This document shows, piece after piece, positions 46,394 through 57,124 of a stretch of 64,000 nt of DNA; position 1 is the stretch's first letter; each line of letters starts with the position of its first letter. The notes beneath the pieces are model-generated. The model worked only from the letters and a program-made list of their open reading frames with translations, did no database searches and had not been told where the DNA came from. The position numbers were made by a program, and so were the translations under genes. The DNA is from Brachyspira sp. CAG:484 (lineage in GTDB: Bacteria > Cyanobacteriota > Vampirovibrionia > Gastranaerophilales > Gastranaerophilaceae), in assembly GCA_000431315.1 (NCBI GenBank), contig HF989717.1, positions 47,925 to 111,924 of the forward strand. The letters run 5' to 3'.

Positions 46394-47152
46394 TTATTCA
46401 GCTCTGCATTTTAAAAGAATTTCTTTTAATTTCTCATTTATCATCTGTATTTTTTCAGGGAAATGGTATTCTTCAACGAACATTGACGGTATTTTTTCCT
46501 GGATTTTGTCTGAATGTATATCCTGTATTCTGTCCAGATACTTGGCGCCTTCTGCAAATGCGTGCATTTCGTCGGTAAGCCGGTAGCGGCAGTTTTGAAG
46601 GAAGTTAATCTGTTCTTCCGCTCTGAAATTGCTCAAAAAAGTGTTCAGAATTTCTTTTATTGTTTTAATATCAATTCCTTTATCTTTTGCGTAAAGTGTG
46701 TTTTTATAGAAATCTTCAGTAAGTTCTGTTAAGCCGGTTTCGTACATTTTTTTATTCCTTGCGGTATATTTAGGGTTAACTATATGCGAATTGAAATGGA
46801 ATGATTCGTGAAGGGCTGTTTCTATGCCATAAATCCCAAGCTGCTTACTGTATTTATTTAGCGGCAGGTAAATATTGAAACCGTTAATTTCTGACCTATT
46901 ACTGTTTAAGACAGCTTCTGTCATACCGCCATACCGGCTGTTGTAATCAAGCACTTTAACATTAATCTTAGTTGGCGTTGTTGATTGAAGTGTTTTTTCA
47001 AATACCTCTTTAGAAATTTCTTTTGTAGTGAATTCTTTTGAAAGTTTATCAAAAAAATCTGCATTTAATTTTGCTGCAAGCTTATAACGCTCTTGAACAG
47101 AGCCTTTGCATATATTTAGCGGTAATTTCGCAGTGCTGCTGATTTTTATCAT
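46394..47152 (-). CDS. hypothetical protein with HExxH motif (putative zinc metallopeptidase)
   Basis: ALHESFHF HExxH motif; otherwise unrecognised. Confidence 0.3.
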   Translation of the reverse strand: MIKISSTAKLPLNICKGSVQERYKLAAKLNADFFDKLSKEFTTKEISKEVFEKTLQSTTPTKINVKVLDYNSRYGGMTEAVLNSNRSEINGFNIYLPLNKYSKQLGIYGIETALHESFHFNSHIVNPKYTARNKKMYETGLTELTEDFYKNTLYAKDKGIDIKTIKEILNTFLSNFRAEEQINFLQNCRYRLTDEMHAFAEGAKYLDRIQDIHSDKIQEKIPSMFVEEYHFPEKIQMINEKLKEILLKCRAE

Positions 47153-47185
47153 ACCACTATAAAACAGCTGAATATTAAAAATTGC

Positions 47186-48145
47186 TTAATCATATAAATA
47201 ACATTTTACAAAATGAGTTTCACTTAATTTCGAGTTTTCCGGAGGGCTTATCGGACAGGGTTCAAAGCATTTAGGACATCTTGTATGGAACTTGCATCCC
47301 TTTGGAATATTGGAAGGTGATGGTAAATCCCCTTTTAGAATTTCACGGCTGCTTTCTTTCCCTGAAATTTGAGGTACTGCACTCAAAAGTGCTCTGGTAT
47401 ACGGATGACAAGGATTATCAAATATTTCTTTGGTTGTGCCTATTTCAACAATTTCACCAAGGTACATTACAGCAACTCTGTCTGCAAGATATTTTATAAC
47501 ACTCATATCGTGTGTGATTAGAACGAATGTTAAATTAAAATCGTCTTTTAGCTCTTTTAAAAGGTTAATTATCTGCGCCTGAATGCTTACGTCTAGTGCA
47601 CTTACCGGCTCATCTGCCAGAATAAATTCAGGGTTTAGGACAAGCGCCCTTGCTATTGCAATTCTCTGGCGCTGCCCGCCTGAAAATTCATGCGGATATA
47701 ATTCTAAACTTTCTTCGTTTAAACCTACTTTTTTAATTTTTTCTTTAATAATTGCCTCAATATCTTCATCTGACAAATCTGTGTTAATTTGTAAAGGTTC
47801 TTTCAGAGTGTCTATAATTTTCATTTTAGGATCAAGGCTTGAATACGGATTTTGGAAAACCATCTGGGCTTTTTTTCTGTAGGACTTTAATTCATTTTTA
47901 TCCATATTTAAGACATTTCTGCATTCAAAATTAATTTGTCCGGATTTTGCGGGCTCCAGACGGATAAGAGCTTTTGCCAGTGTAGATTTGCCGCAGCCTG
48001 ATTCTCCGGCAACAGCTAAAATTTCACCTTTTTTTATGTCTAGTGAAACCCCGTTCACAGCATGAACTATTTGCGTTCCGCCCAGTATACCTTTATTTGA
48101 TTTATATTCAACATATAAGTCTTTAATTTCGATTAAATTTTCCAT
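47186..48145 (-). CDS. oligopeptide/dipeptide ABC transporter ATP-binding protein (OppF/DppF-like)
   Basis: Walker A GESGCGKST, signature LSGGQRQR, Walker B ILADEP, C-terminal oligopeptide-type Cys-containing extension. Confidence 0.75.
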   Translation of the reverse strand: MENLIEIKDLYVEYKSNKGILGGTQIVHAVNGVSLDIKKGEILAVAGESGCGKSTLAKALIRLEPAKSGQINFECRNVLNMDKNELKSYRKKAQMVFQNPYSSLDPKMKIIDTLKEPLQINTDLSDEDIEAIIKEKIKKVGLNEESLELYPHEFSGGQRQRIAIARALVLNPEFILADEPVSALDVSIQAQIINLLKELKDDFNLTFVLITHDMSVIKYLADRVAVMYLGEIVEIGTTKEIFDNPCHPYTRALLSAVPQISGKESSREILKGDLPSPSNIPKGCKFHTRCPKCFEPCPISPPENSKLSETHFVKCYLYD

Positions 48146-48259
48146 ATAAAAGAAGTCTATATTATTTTCGTTTTAAATGCAATTGCTTAATTGTTTATAA
48201 GGTTGAAATTTTTTTAAAATCGTTTATAATGATAATGTACATAGGAAAAGGAGATTAAA

Positions 48260-49025
48260 ATGTTGAAAATCAATCATAGTCACTCTTTCGGGGGGGGGGG
48301 CAACTAATCTTAGCTCCTTAATTGGCATTACGCCGTTCAAAAAAGCAGGATTTACGTTAGCAGAAGTATTAATAACTCTTGGTATTATAGGGATTGTTGC
48401 GGCAATGACTCTGCCGGTAGTTGTCGGGGAATATCGTAAGAAACAGGTTGAGGTCAAATTAAAGCGTTTTTATAGTACATTCAGCAATGCTTTAATTCGT
48501 TCCGAAGCTGATAATGAGCAAATGCAGTTTTGGGAATGGCCACAAGATACATACAAAGATGAAGATGGAAATATTATACAAAATGGGACAATTTCTGATT
48601 ATGACTGGTTTATGAAATATATCAGACCATATTTTAATGTAAAAAAGGTTAATGAAAGTTTTCACCTTTATTGTGTGTGGTATGACGGTTTTGCAATAAA
48701 ATTTACTGATGGAAGCGGAGTTGCTTGTGGAATTTATGAAGGCAGTGGTGCTTCATTCCCATTTTTATGTATGTTTTTCCCTGAGGCTAAAAATATTGAT
48801 AATGTTCGTGGTGACAATACAAAATCAAGAAACTTAATATCTGGTAAGGATTATTTTATTTTTGAGATTTCAAACGGTATAAGTGGCAAGAAAGGTTTGC
48901 AAGCAATAGATAGTGATGAATGTACCGGTCAAAAAGGTACAAGGTATTTACCATCGCGAGGTTGTGTAAAAAAAATAATGGAAAATAATTGGGAAATTCC
49001 AGATGATTATCCTGTAAGATTTTAA
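48260..49025 (+). CDS. type IV pilin-like protein, frameshifted at an 11-G tract (candidate phase-variable gene)
   Basis: Strong RBS plus ATG at 48260; with 11 G (48290-48300) the frame stops after 15 codons; with 10 G it reads MLKINHSHSFGGGATNLSSLIGITPFKKAGFTLAEVLITLGIIGIVAAMTLP... through to 49025. Confidence 0.5.
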
Positions 49026-49413
49026 TCTGTTTATATTGAAATCAAATGCAAAATATATTATAATAAAAAAGCAGAGGAAACCATGATAGAAAAGCTATAA
49101 ATGTTTTCTCAAACAGGCTTCCGCTGAGCTCTCGCTTATACTAAGCAGACGCGATAAAATAAATAAGAAAAAATCAACATTAAAGAAAAAGAAATAATTA
49201 GCTGTAATTATTTTCGCAACGAAAGCTTAAACTGAGCGGAAGTAAGCTTGAGCAAAAATAAACAGATAACACAAAGCAGTAGCACCTTTTGATTAAAAAT
49301 AAAACTTTTTTCGGGCACGCTCTCGCCCTGCTCCCGCTATCGCCTCAAAAAGTTTTATATTTAATCAAAAAAAGTAAGAAAGAACAGATACAACTAAAAA
49401 AGGAGATTAAGTT

Positions 49414-50138
49414 ATGGAAAACACAGTAATGACAAGGTTTTTCGGGGGGGGGGCAGAGTACTGGGAATTATTGGTGTTGTTGCTGCTATGACTTTACCTG
49501 CATTACTTACAAAGTATAAGGATAAAGTTTTAATTTCTCAGGTGAAAAAGTCGTATTCAATGATAATGAATGCGATTAATTACTCAGCTTTTGAGATGAG
49601 CGGGAACTCAAAAAATATTGCATCTTTATTTGAAACAGGAAATGTTCAGGATGTTGCAAATATTATCTTTAAGAATATGAAGATTATTAAAACTTGTTTG
49701 CCAAATACTGTGGGGTGTACTGCAGATACAGTCAAATATCCTAAAGCTAAAAATGATGGCTACGGGAAAAGCAAAGCACTTAATATGAAACTCTATTACA
49801 GGATTGTCTTACAAGATGGGTCCAGTATTGCAATGATGAAATTTAATAATGAAGGCGGATGTCTTACCAGTTTTACAAATTATAAAACAGATTCAAATGG
49901 AAACTATTTATATGATAGTAGCGGTAATAAGATCCCTGTTGTTACTAAAGATTACCAGTGTGGTCAGTTGTTGATTGACGGAAACGGTATGAAAGGTCCT
50001 AATCAGCTCGGGGCGGATGTTTTCTTTTTCGTTATAACTCCGGACGGGCTTTATGGTTCTATTTCGGATATTAATTCAGTATTACTGGATGATATGCTTA
50101 AATATGTTGATTATACTGTTGGTAATGAAATGAATTAA
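49414..50138 (+). CDS. type IV pilin-like paralog, frameshifted at a 10-G tract (candidate phase-variable gene or pseudogene)
   Basis: Same RBS (AAAAGGAGATTAAGTTATG); 10 G at 49444-49453 puts ATG 49414 out of frame with the long ORF, one extra G gives MENTVMTRFFGGGGRVLGIIGVVAAMTLPALL...; lacks the FTLAE segment. Confidence 0.4.
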
Positions 50139-50251
50139 TCATAAAGAAAAACCACTTTAGGGATAAAGTGGTAGGGGAAATTTTGAAAATTAATAAGGAA
50201 ATAAAGGAAAAGGAATCAATAAAAAAATCTGTTTTACGAAAATCCTTTCGG

Positions 50252-51373
50252 TTATGAGAATATCTGGAAGGATTTTTCTACGTTTTTGTCGATTACGTTT
50301 TTAACTGAATCATATTCTGTTTGTAATGCGTTGTGTTCGGTGTCTAACTTTTTCAGTTCCATATCATATTTAGTATCTTGTTGTTCAATTTCTTCAAGTT
50401 TCATCTGATATTCACGTTCTACAATCGCAATTTCTCTTTCATCTTCTACTTCCTGGATAGAAGAATCTGCATCTATTGAAGTAGAAACAAATTTTTTCTC
50501 AGTTGCAGAGTAGTACTCAAGCTGCAAATCTCCTGAACGCAGCTGATCTTCAAACCAGGCATTGTCTTTAAGAGTTTTTGTTTCATCAGCTTCAACATAA
50601 TAACCGGAAGACTGCATCTTATTGAATATATTAGTCAGATATTTAATGAAGGTTTGATTTTCAGCTTTTGCTGCCGTATCAAGTTTGTTGGCAGAATCTG
50701 ATGTGCCGTAATAAGCTTCAGTCAATGCAACAGCATAATCATACAATTCACGCTGTTCCTGAGTTGTACCTTCATAGTTTAACGCTTTTGTTTCGCCTGT
50801 AGCTAAGTCTGTATAAGTTACATATCCGTCATAAGGTTCATCTGAGAATGATACATAACCAAAATCAAGACCATGTTCTTCATCACCGTAATGCAAGCCT
50901 ACAGATGTAAGGTATTGATCCCACGCATCGTGAATTTTTTGTTCTGTAAGTGCTTTATCTTCTTCACTTGCATCACTGTTTTGCGTAATATCAATATCCG
51001 CCTGTGAATATCCGTATGCAGCTAAAAATCCGTTTAAATACCCGTTGCTTGCTTCATATGCTTCTTTTTGTTTTTGAGTAACAAGAACTCTGCCTTTTTT
51101 ATCTGTTACAACATACTGCTGTCCTGCTGCAAGGGTATTATATCCTGTCATAAGGTTATAGGAAATATCTGTATAAACTTCTTCAGAGCCGTTAAAGCCT
51201 GTAAGAACTGTTAACTTGGTTGCCTTAAGAGCGTTAAGGTAATCTGTATTAACCTGTTCAGTCTGATCGGCAAGACGGATTTTAGAATATGAAATATCCT
51301 GACCGGAATTTTCATTGTCGGTCAACCTTGCGGTGATACTTAATAATCTAGCTTGTGAAGCCGCCATTCCCAT
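50252..51373 (-). CDS. hypothetical protein with C-terminal coiled coil
   Basis: 373 aa; N-terminus MGMAASQARLLSITARL, C-terminal heptad-rich region. Confidence 0.3.
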   Translation of the reverse strand: MGMAASQARLLSITARLTDNENSGQDISYSKIRLADQTEQVNTDYLNALKATKLTVLTGFNGSEEVYTDISYNLMTGYNTLAAGQQYVVTDKKGRVLVTQKQKEAYEASNGYLNGFLAAYGYSQADIDITQNSDASEEDKALTEQKIHDAWDQYLTSVGLHYGDEEHGLDFGYVSFSDEPYDGYVTYTDLATGETKALNYEGTTQEQRELYDYAVALTEAYYGTSDSANKLDTAAKAENQTFIKYLTNIFNKMQSSGYYVEADETKTLKDNAWFEDQLRSGDLQLEYYSATEKKFVSTSIDADSSIQEVEDEREIAIVEREYQMKLEEIEQQDTKYDMELKKLDTEHNALQTEYDSVKNVIDKNVEKSFQIFS

Positions 51374-51475
51374 TGGTTTACAGTAGTCCTTTCAATATTT
51401 CCGTTTACTTACACTTTGTATTACGGCTATATTGAAAGGAAACTTTAACTTTTTATTATGTTTGTTAAAAATTCG

Positions 51476-52213
51476 TTACAATAATTCGTTAAATTCCTGA
51501 ACTGAAATTGATTCAATTCCATCAACTTTTTGGAGTGTTTTATAAATATTCTGAATAGGTTTTTTCACATTTGTGTCTATTACAACAGAAATTTTTACAA
51601 TGTCATCATCCTGTTTATTTTGTTTTTTTGAAATTTCTCTAAGCTTTGGATATTTTTCTACAAGAAAGTCATATATTTCGTTGGATAAATTTTTCTGGCA
51701 TTTAAGTTCCAATTTTAATCGCTTAAGATTTTTTGTGCTGGTGACAAGCACATTTTTTTCAAACATTCTGATAGAAACAAGAACTATAATTGAAAGTATA
51801 GTTGAAATCAAAGCCAGTCCGAACATACCGGTTCCGCATGCCATACCAATGCTTGCTGCAATCCATAGAGTTGCCGCTGTAGTAATACCGAAAACAGTAG
51901 CGCCATGTCTTAATACTGTACCGCCGCCGATGAAACCGATACCGGTAACAACCTGTGCTGCAACACGTGAAGTATCTCTAATCCCTGTTGCATTTGCTAT
52001 AGAAACATTATCTCCATCAGCAAATGTCGGGAAACCATAGATTGAAAGTATTGTAAACACACAAGCGCCTACGCACACAAGTATATTAGTTCTTAAACCT
52101 GCATATTTATTGGTCATTTCACGTTCAAGACCAATAGAAAAACCAAGCAGTACTGCAATTAATACCCTTATAAATATTATAAACTGGGTGCTTTGTAATA
52201 TATTTTCCAGCAT
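51476..52213 (-). CDS. MgtC/SapB family membrane protein
   Basis: LLGFSIGLEREMTNKYAGLRTNILVCVGACVF motif plus C-terminal soluble domain. Confidence 0.7.
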   Translation of the reverse strand: MLENILQSTQFIIFIRVLIAVLLGFSIGLEREMTNKYAGLRTNILVCVGACVFTILSIYGFPTFADGDNVSIANATGIRDTSRVAAQVVTGIGFIGGGTVLRHGATVFGITTAATLWIAASIGMACGTGMFGLALISTILSIIVLVSIRMFEKNVLVTSTKNLKRLKLELKCQKNLSNEIYDFLVEKYPKLREISKKQNKQDDDIVKISVVIDTNVKKPIQNIYKTLQKVDGIESISVQEFNELL

Positions 52214-52217
52214 TCTG

Positions 52218-53285
52218 TTATCTCACTTTGCTTTTAGGATCCAACACATCTCTTATTGTATCACCAATCAGGTTAAAAGCCAGCACCGCAACAAAAATTA
52301 AAAATCCGGGAGTAAGAAGCCATGGTCTATAGATAATATTTGTATATTCCTGAGCCTCTTTAAGCATATTTCCCCAGCTTGCATCAGGCTGCTGAATTCC
52401 AAGTCCAAGAAAGCTCAAACCGGATTCTGAAAGAATATATGAAGGAACAGATAATGTCATTGCCACAATAACAAAGCTTGCTGTCTGCGGGAGTATATGT
52501 TTTATTATGATGCGCAGCCGCGATGCTCCAATTGATTTTGCAGCCTGAACAAATTCCTGATTCTTAATTGAAAGCACCATCCCTCTTACTACTCTTGCAA
52601 ACCCTGCCCATCCTATTAATGCAAGAATTATTACAATTAGCATAAATCTTTGTATACTGGTCATACCGGATGGAAGTATTGATGCAAGGATTATCAAAAG
52701 ATAGAAACTTGGAATTGACATAACAGCTTCTGCAAACCTCATCATCAAAGTATCAACAATTCCGCCGAAATAGCCTGCAATACCACCGTATAAAAGTCCT
52801 ATCGGGAACAAAACAAACAGGGCAAGAAATCCTATAGTCATAGAAATTCTTCCGCCGAAAAGCAGTCTTGAAAAAACATCACGCCCGTTAATATCTGTTC
52901 CCAGAAGAAATAATCTTCCGTCCGCATCTGTTGTAATCAGGTGCCGCTCCATTGGAATTATTCCTAAAAACTTGTAAGGCTGTCCTTTTGCAAAGAATTT
53001 CACATAATGCTTTTGGCTTCGGTCAAAGTCGTATGTGATACGTAAATTTTCTTCGTCAAAATTTCTTATATAATTATAGGTGTAAGGTTTTGACAACTTT
53101 TTATTTTCATCAATTATAAAAATTTTGGAAGGAGGAACGTATGCCATTGTCCTGTCCGAAAAATCTTTTGTATATGGTGCAAGAAAGTCTGCAAAGAATA
53201 ATGCAAGGTAAATAAGCCCCAGAAGAATAAGGGCAATTTTTGCAAATTTGTCTTTCATTAATTGTTTAAAAACTTCTTTAATCAT
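52218..53285 (-). CDS. oligopeptide ABC transporter permease (OppC-like)
   Basis: 355 aa, 6 TM, ABC permease EAA-like region, adjacent to OppB/OppA. Confidence 0.7.
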   Translation of the reverse strand: MIKEVFKQLMKDKFAKIALILLGLIYLALFFADFLAPYTKDFSDRTMAYVPPSKIFIIDENKKLSKPYTYNYIRNFDEENLRITYDFDRSQKHYVKFFAKGQPYKFLGIIPMERHLITTDADGRLFLLGTDINGRDVFSRLLFGGRISMTIGFLALFVLFPIGLLYGGIAGYFGGIVDTLMMRFAEAVMSIPSFYLLIILASILPSGMTSIQRFMLIVIILALIGWAGFARVVRGMVLSIKNQEFVQAAKSIGASRLRIIIKHILPQTASFVIVAMTLSVPSYILSESGLSFLGLGIQQPDASWGNMLKEAQEYTNIIYRPWLLTPGFLIFVAVLAFNLIGDTIRDVLDPKSKVR

Positions 53286-54253
53286 GCTTTCACCCTAATC
53301 CTTGGATCTGTAATAATAAGTAGAATATCCGCAATCAAATTACCAAGTATAAGCATAATTGCCCCCATCATTAAAGATGCCATTACAAGATTTATATCGG
53401 AACGCAAAACAGCTTCAAGAATTAACCTTCCAAGCCCCGGATACTGAAATACATATTCAGTAAGAGCAGCACCGCTCAACAGCCCTGCAAATTCAAAGCC
53501 CAGAAGCGTAATCATAGGATTTATAGCATTTCTGAGTGCATGCTTATAGATTACATCAAACTCACTCAAACCTTTGGCACGTGCAAATTTTACATAATCG
53601 CTGTCAAGGACATCAAGAAGGTTTGCCCTCATCTGTCTTTGCAGTCCTGCAAGAGAAATAGTAAACAATACTGTTACAGGCAGTATTAAATGACGGGTTA
53701 TATCCCATACCTGATGAGTAAAATTCATTTCTAAGAAGTTTGAGCTTGTAAGTCCGCCAATTGGAAACCATCCTGTTTTGACTGCAAAAATTAACAGAAG
53801 CACAGCAAAGAAAAATGACGGAATAGCCATTCCTACGCTGGTTAAGACAGTAAGAATTCTATCAAGAGGTGATTTCCACTTTAATGCTGCAAGGACACCA
53901 AGAGGTATTCCGGCAAGCCAAGTTAAAAAGATTACAATTGTTGTAAGAAGAAGAGTATTAGGTATTCTTTCTTTTAATTTTGTGCTTACTCTTTCTCCGT
54001 TTGAAGTAATCCCTAAATCCCCTTTAAGAAAAGACTTTGCCCATTTACCATACTGAACAATTATAGGTTTATCAAGCCCCAGCCGTTTTGTTTCTTTTTC
54101 CAGTGTTTCCTGTGAAACAGAAGGGTTAAGCCTCAGTTCGGCAAGCGGATCAACAGGACTTAAACGTATTATAAAGAAGCTTATTACTGATACTATTACC
54201 AGTAAAGGAATTGATTGCAATATTCTTTTTAATATATATATTAGTATCTGCAT
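53282..54253 (-). CDS. oligopeptide ABC transporter permease (OppB-like)
   Basis: 323 aa multi-TM permease; FARAKGLSEFDVIYKHALRNA EAA loop. Confidence 0.7.
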   Translation of the reverse strand: MQILIYILKRILQSIPLLVIVSVISFFIIRLSPVDPLAELRLNPSVSQETLEKETKRLGLDKPIIVQYGKWAKSFLKGDLGITSNGERVSTKLKERIPNTLLLTTIVIFLTWLAGIPLGVLAALKWKSPLDRILTVLTSVGMAIPSFFFAVLLLIFAVKTGWFPIGGLTSSNFLEMNFTHQVWDITRHLILPVTVLFTISLAGLQRQMRANLLDVLDSDYVKFARAKGLSEFDVIYKHALRNAINPMITLLGFEFAGLLSGAALTEYVFQYPGLGRLILEAVLRSDINLVMASLMMGAIMLILGNLIADILLIITDPRIRVKA

Positions 54254-54255
54254 AA

Positions 54256-56115
54256 CTAATCCTCATCGGGCTTTGCTGTGTCATTATCAATATAGATTTC
54301 TTCGATATTGTGTGTTATCCCGCCAAGAGAGGTAGGAAATATATTTTTAAATTTATTCCTCATCGCAGCAATTCTGATTGGTGAATAAATATACACAAAA
54401 GGTTTTTCATCATAAGCTATAGCCTGATATTCGTCGTAGAATTTTTTACGGGCTTCAAAATCTGTCGCCAGAGCACCTTTTATATAAAGATCATCAATTT
54501 GTTTTTCCCAAACATACCTGTCGTCTTTTGTGTAGTTTGCCGGACGCTGGTTAAACATATGAAGCGTTCCATTTGACATCCAGACATTTTTCCCGCCGTT
54601 TGGCTCAAGCGGCGACCCTGTAAGCCCCATTATTACCATATCCCAGTCAAGAGTATTCACAAGTTTGTTAACAAGTGAATTAAATTCAATCGGCTTGAAG
54701 TTAACTTTCATACCCAAATCTTCAAGGTCTTGTTTTACCATAACCCCTATGGCTTCACGCTCAGTGTTGCCGGCATTTGTATAAAGATCAAATTCAACGT
54801 GATTGCCGTATTTATCAAGGAGATGCCCTTTCTTATCCCAGCGGTAGCCGGATTTTTGCAGCATTTCTTTTGACTTGTTTAAATCTTTGTCGTAGGCTTT
54901 AAGATTTTTGTTCAGAAATATTGAGTTAAGGCTTTCTGCTGTATAAAGCGGTGCACCCAGTCCGTTTGCAATATTCAGCACCATATTTTTTCTATCTATT
55001 GCATAATCCACAGCCTGCCGGAAATTTTTATCCTGAAACCATCGTTGTTTCTTTAGTTCTACATTATATTTACCGTCATCATTTTTACGATTATTGAGAT
55101 TTACACTAAGAAACATTGTGCCGGTATCCGGTCCAAGATTATAAACTGTGAAATCCGAATGCTTTTCCTGTTCCTTAAATCTTGCAACGTTCGCCCCTTG
55201 AAGCCCGATAGTGTCAAGTTCTCCGCCTTCAAATTTTAAAACTTCATTATTAATATCCCCGACTATCAAATAAACGAGTTTATCCAAATAAGGCAGCTTT
55301 TCATCCCTGGTATTTATAACGTAGTAATCGGGATTGCGTTCAAATACTACACGCTGAGCCGGAACGTATTCTTTTAATTTAAATGCACCTGAAGTGACAA
55401 AATTTTTAGGATTTGTATTTGTGGATAAGAATGTTTCAAAGTAGCTTTTGCCTTTTTTAACCGCAGGCATGAAAATATGCTTCGGAGCAATCGGGCTGGA
55501 GAGCATCCTTATAAAAGGTGCAAACGGTTGAGGTGTCTTAAATTCAACCGTATAATCATCTATTTTTTTGACAGTAGGCAGTTTACCGTCGACAACAATA
55601 GAATCTCTGATTGAAGTATTTCCATAACCGTCAAAAATAATATTCTGCCAGGTAAAAACAACATCATCTGCGGTAATAGGTTTACCGTCCGACCATTTTA
55701 TGCCTTTTCTGAGATGAATTATGTAATCATTGCCGTTTACGGAGAAGTCTTTGGCAAGCTTAGGTATGGGCTGACCTGTTACAGGATGGGTAGTAAGCAG
55801 GCCGTCGTACATAATTTCAGACATAAGAGAAGATATATTATCTTTTGAGTTAAACGGGTTAAAAGTTTTAGGTCCCTCTCCGATAGTTGATGCAACCAGC
55901 GTTCCTCCAAATTTGCCGACCGGCGCCTGTGTTTGGAGATAGTCAACTCCGTTAATTGTTACTGTTTTTGCATCATCAGGATAGTTAATGGTTTCTTCTG
56001 TTTTTTGCTGTTCGTTTTTGGGGCGCTGTACTTCCGGCGAGTCAATGTTTACACAGGACTTCAGCAAGAAGGCAATTATGATTAAACTTAAGATAACATA
56101 ACCCGCTTTTTTCAT
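54256..56115 (-). CDS. ABC transporter substrate-binding protein, family 5 (OppA-like)
   Basis: 619 aa with N-terminal lipoprotein-like signal; SBP_bac_5 architecture. Confidence 0.7.
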   Translation of the reverse strand: MKKAGYVILSLIIIAFLLKSCVNIDSPEVQRPKNEQQKTEETINYPDDAKTVTINGVDYLQTQAPVGKFGGTLVASTIGEGPKTFNPFNSKDNISSLMSEIMYDGLLTTHPVTGQPIPKLAKDFSVNGNDYIIHLRKGIKWSDGKPITADDVVFTWQNIIFDGYGNTSIRDSIVVDGKLPTVKKIDDYTVEFKTPQPFAPFIRMLSSPIAPKHIFMPAVKKGKSYFETFLSTNTNPKNFVTSGAFKLKEYVPAQRVVFERNPDYYVINTRDEKLPYLDKLVYLIVGDINNEVLKFEGGELDTIGLQGANVARFKEQEKHSDFTVYNLGPDTGTMFLSVNLNNRKNDDGKYNVELKKQRWFQDKNFRQAVDYAIDRKNMVLNIANGLGAPLYTAESLNSIFLNKNLKAYDKDLNKSKEMLQKSGYRWDKKGHLLDKYGNHVEFDLYTNAGNTEREAIGVMVKQDLEDLGMKVNFKPIEFNSLVNKLVNTLDWDMVIMGLTGSPLEPNGGKNVWMSNGTLHMFNQRPANYTKDDRYVWEKQIDDLYIKGALATDFEARKKFYDEYQAIAYDEKPFVYIYSPIRIAAMRNKFKNIFPTSLGGITHNIEEIYIDNDTAKPDED

Positions 56116-56229
56116 AAGTTAAGTTTACCATAAAAAATCACTTTGTTTATAGCCGGTGTGGATAAAATGATTAAAAAAAAAATAATTTGTTGCAGTTCAT
56201 TTCTATTGAACATGGGTATTGTTCAAAGC

Positions 56230-56985
56230 TTATTTGCAGCTGTGTTTTCCATCCCAGCTTAAATCGCTGCAATGAAGGTAATCCATATTTTCGTTATACA
56301 AAACCCAGGCAGTGCAGCTTCTTCCTTGAGCATTAGAAACAATACCATTTTTATTTGTTATATCACAGTAATCTTCAAATGACCTGAGGGCGTGATTTTG
56401 ATGACCGTAAGGCATTATGCCTTTAGGCGAAATATAAAAGTTAAATTCGCTTACGCCCAGTTGAGCATCTTTTTCAGGCAAAAATACAAAAATATCTCCG
56501 CATTCTACAGCTTCATTTTTACAACCCTCATTCATCCAGCCAAAACTAATCATTGTTCCGTCTGCAAGATATAACGTGGAATTATTACTGCCAATTGTAG
56601 AACTTCCGTCGGTACTGTAATTTCTTCCATCCAGTGAAGTATATTTTCTAAATGTGTGCTTTTTGTTACTGGTATTTTTTATGTATTTAGCAAAAATTTC
56701 TCTGACAATAGCTGATGAATTTGAATAATCGTAAACAGGATTGCCTTCCTCATCTGTTTCACCGGTATCTGTTGTTGAAATTCCCCAGTTTTCGGGACTG
56801 CCATATTCATTTTTAGCAAGATTAAATGCCTGTGAAAGTACTGAGTAAACTTTTTTGACCTGTGTTACACGCTGTTTTTCCTTATATTTACCGACAAGTG
56901 CCGGTATTGTCAGCGCTGAAACTACTCCTATAATTCCCAGAGTAATTAAAACTTCAGCCAGAGTAAATCCTGTATATTTTTTCAT
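56230..56985 (-). CDS. type IV pilin-like protein
   Basis: MKKYTGFTLAEVLITLGIIGVVSALTIPAL prepilin motif. Confidence 0.6.
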   Translation of the reverse strand: MKKYTGFTLAEVLITLGIIGVVSALTIPALVGKYKEKQRVTQVKKVYSVLSQAFNLAKNEYGSPENWGISTTDTGETDEEGNPVYDYSNSSAIVREIFAKYIKNTSNKKHTFRKYTSLDGRNYSTDGSSTIGSNNSTLYLADGTMISFGWMNEGCKNEAVECGDIFVFLPEKDAQLGVSEFNFYISPKGIMPYGHQNHALRSFEDYCDITNKNGIVSNAQGRSCTAWVLYNENMDYLHCSDLSWDGKHSCK

Positions 56986-57124
56986 ATAAACCCTTTCTAA
57001 TATTACCTTTTATATACAAAGTATAAATTATATTTCGTATTTTGTCAATATAATATTATCTTATTGTTCCTGTAAAGATTACAAAATTAAATTTAATATT
57101 CTATTAAGTAAGCGTGCTGAACCG

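Noticed and set aside
49488-50138. ORF-track start of the second pilin gene at 49488 (MTLPALL...)
   Set aside because: That start would begin inside the hydrophobic pilin helix with no RBS. The true start is the RBS-preceded ATG at 49414, linked through the poly-G tract.
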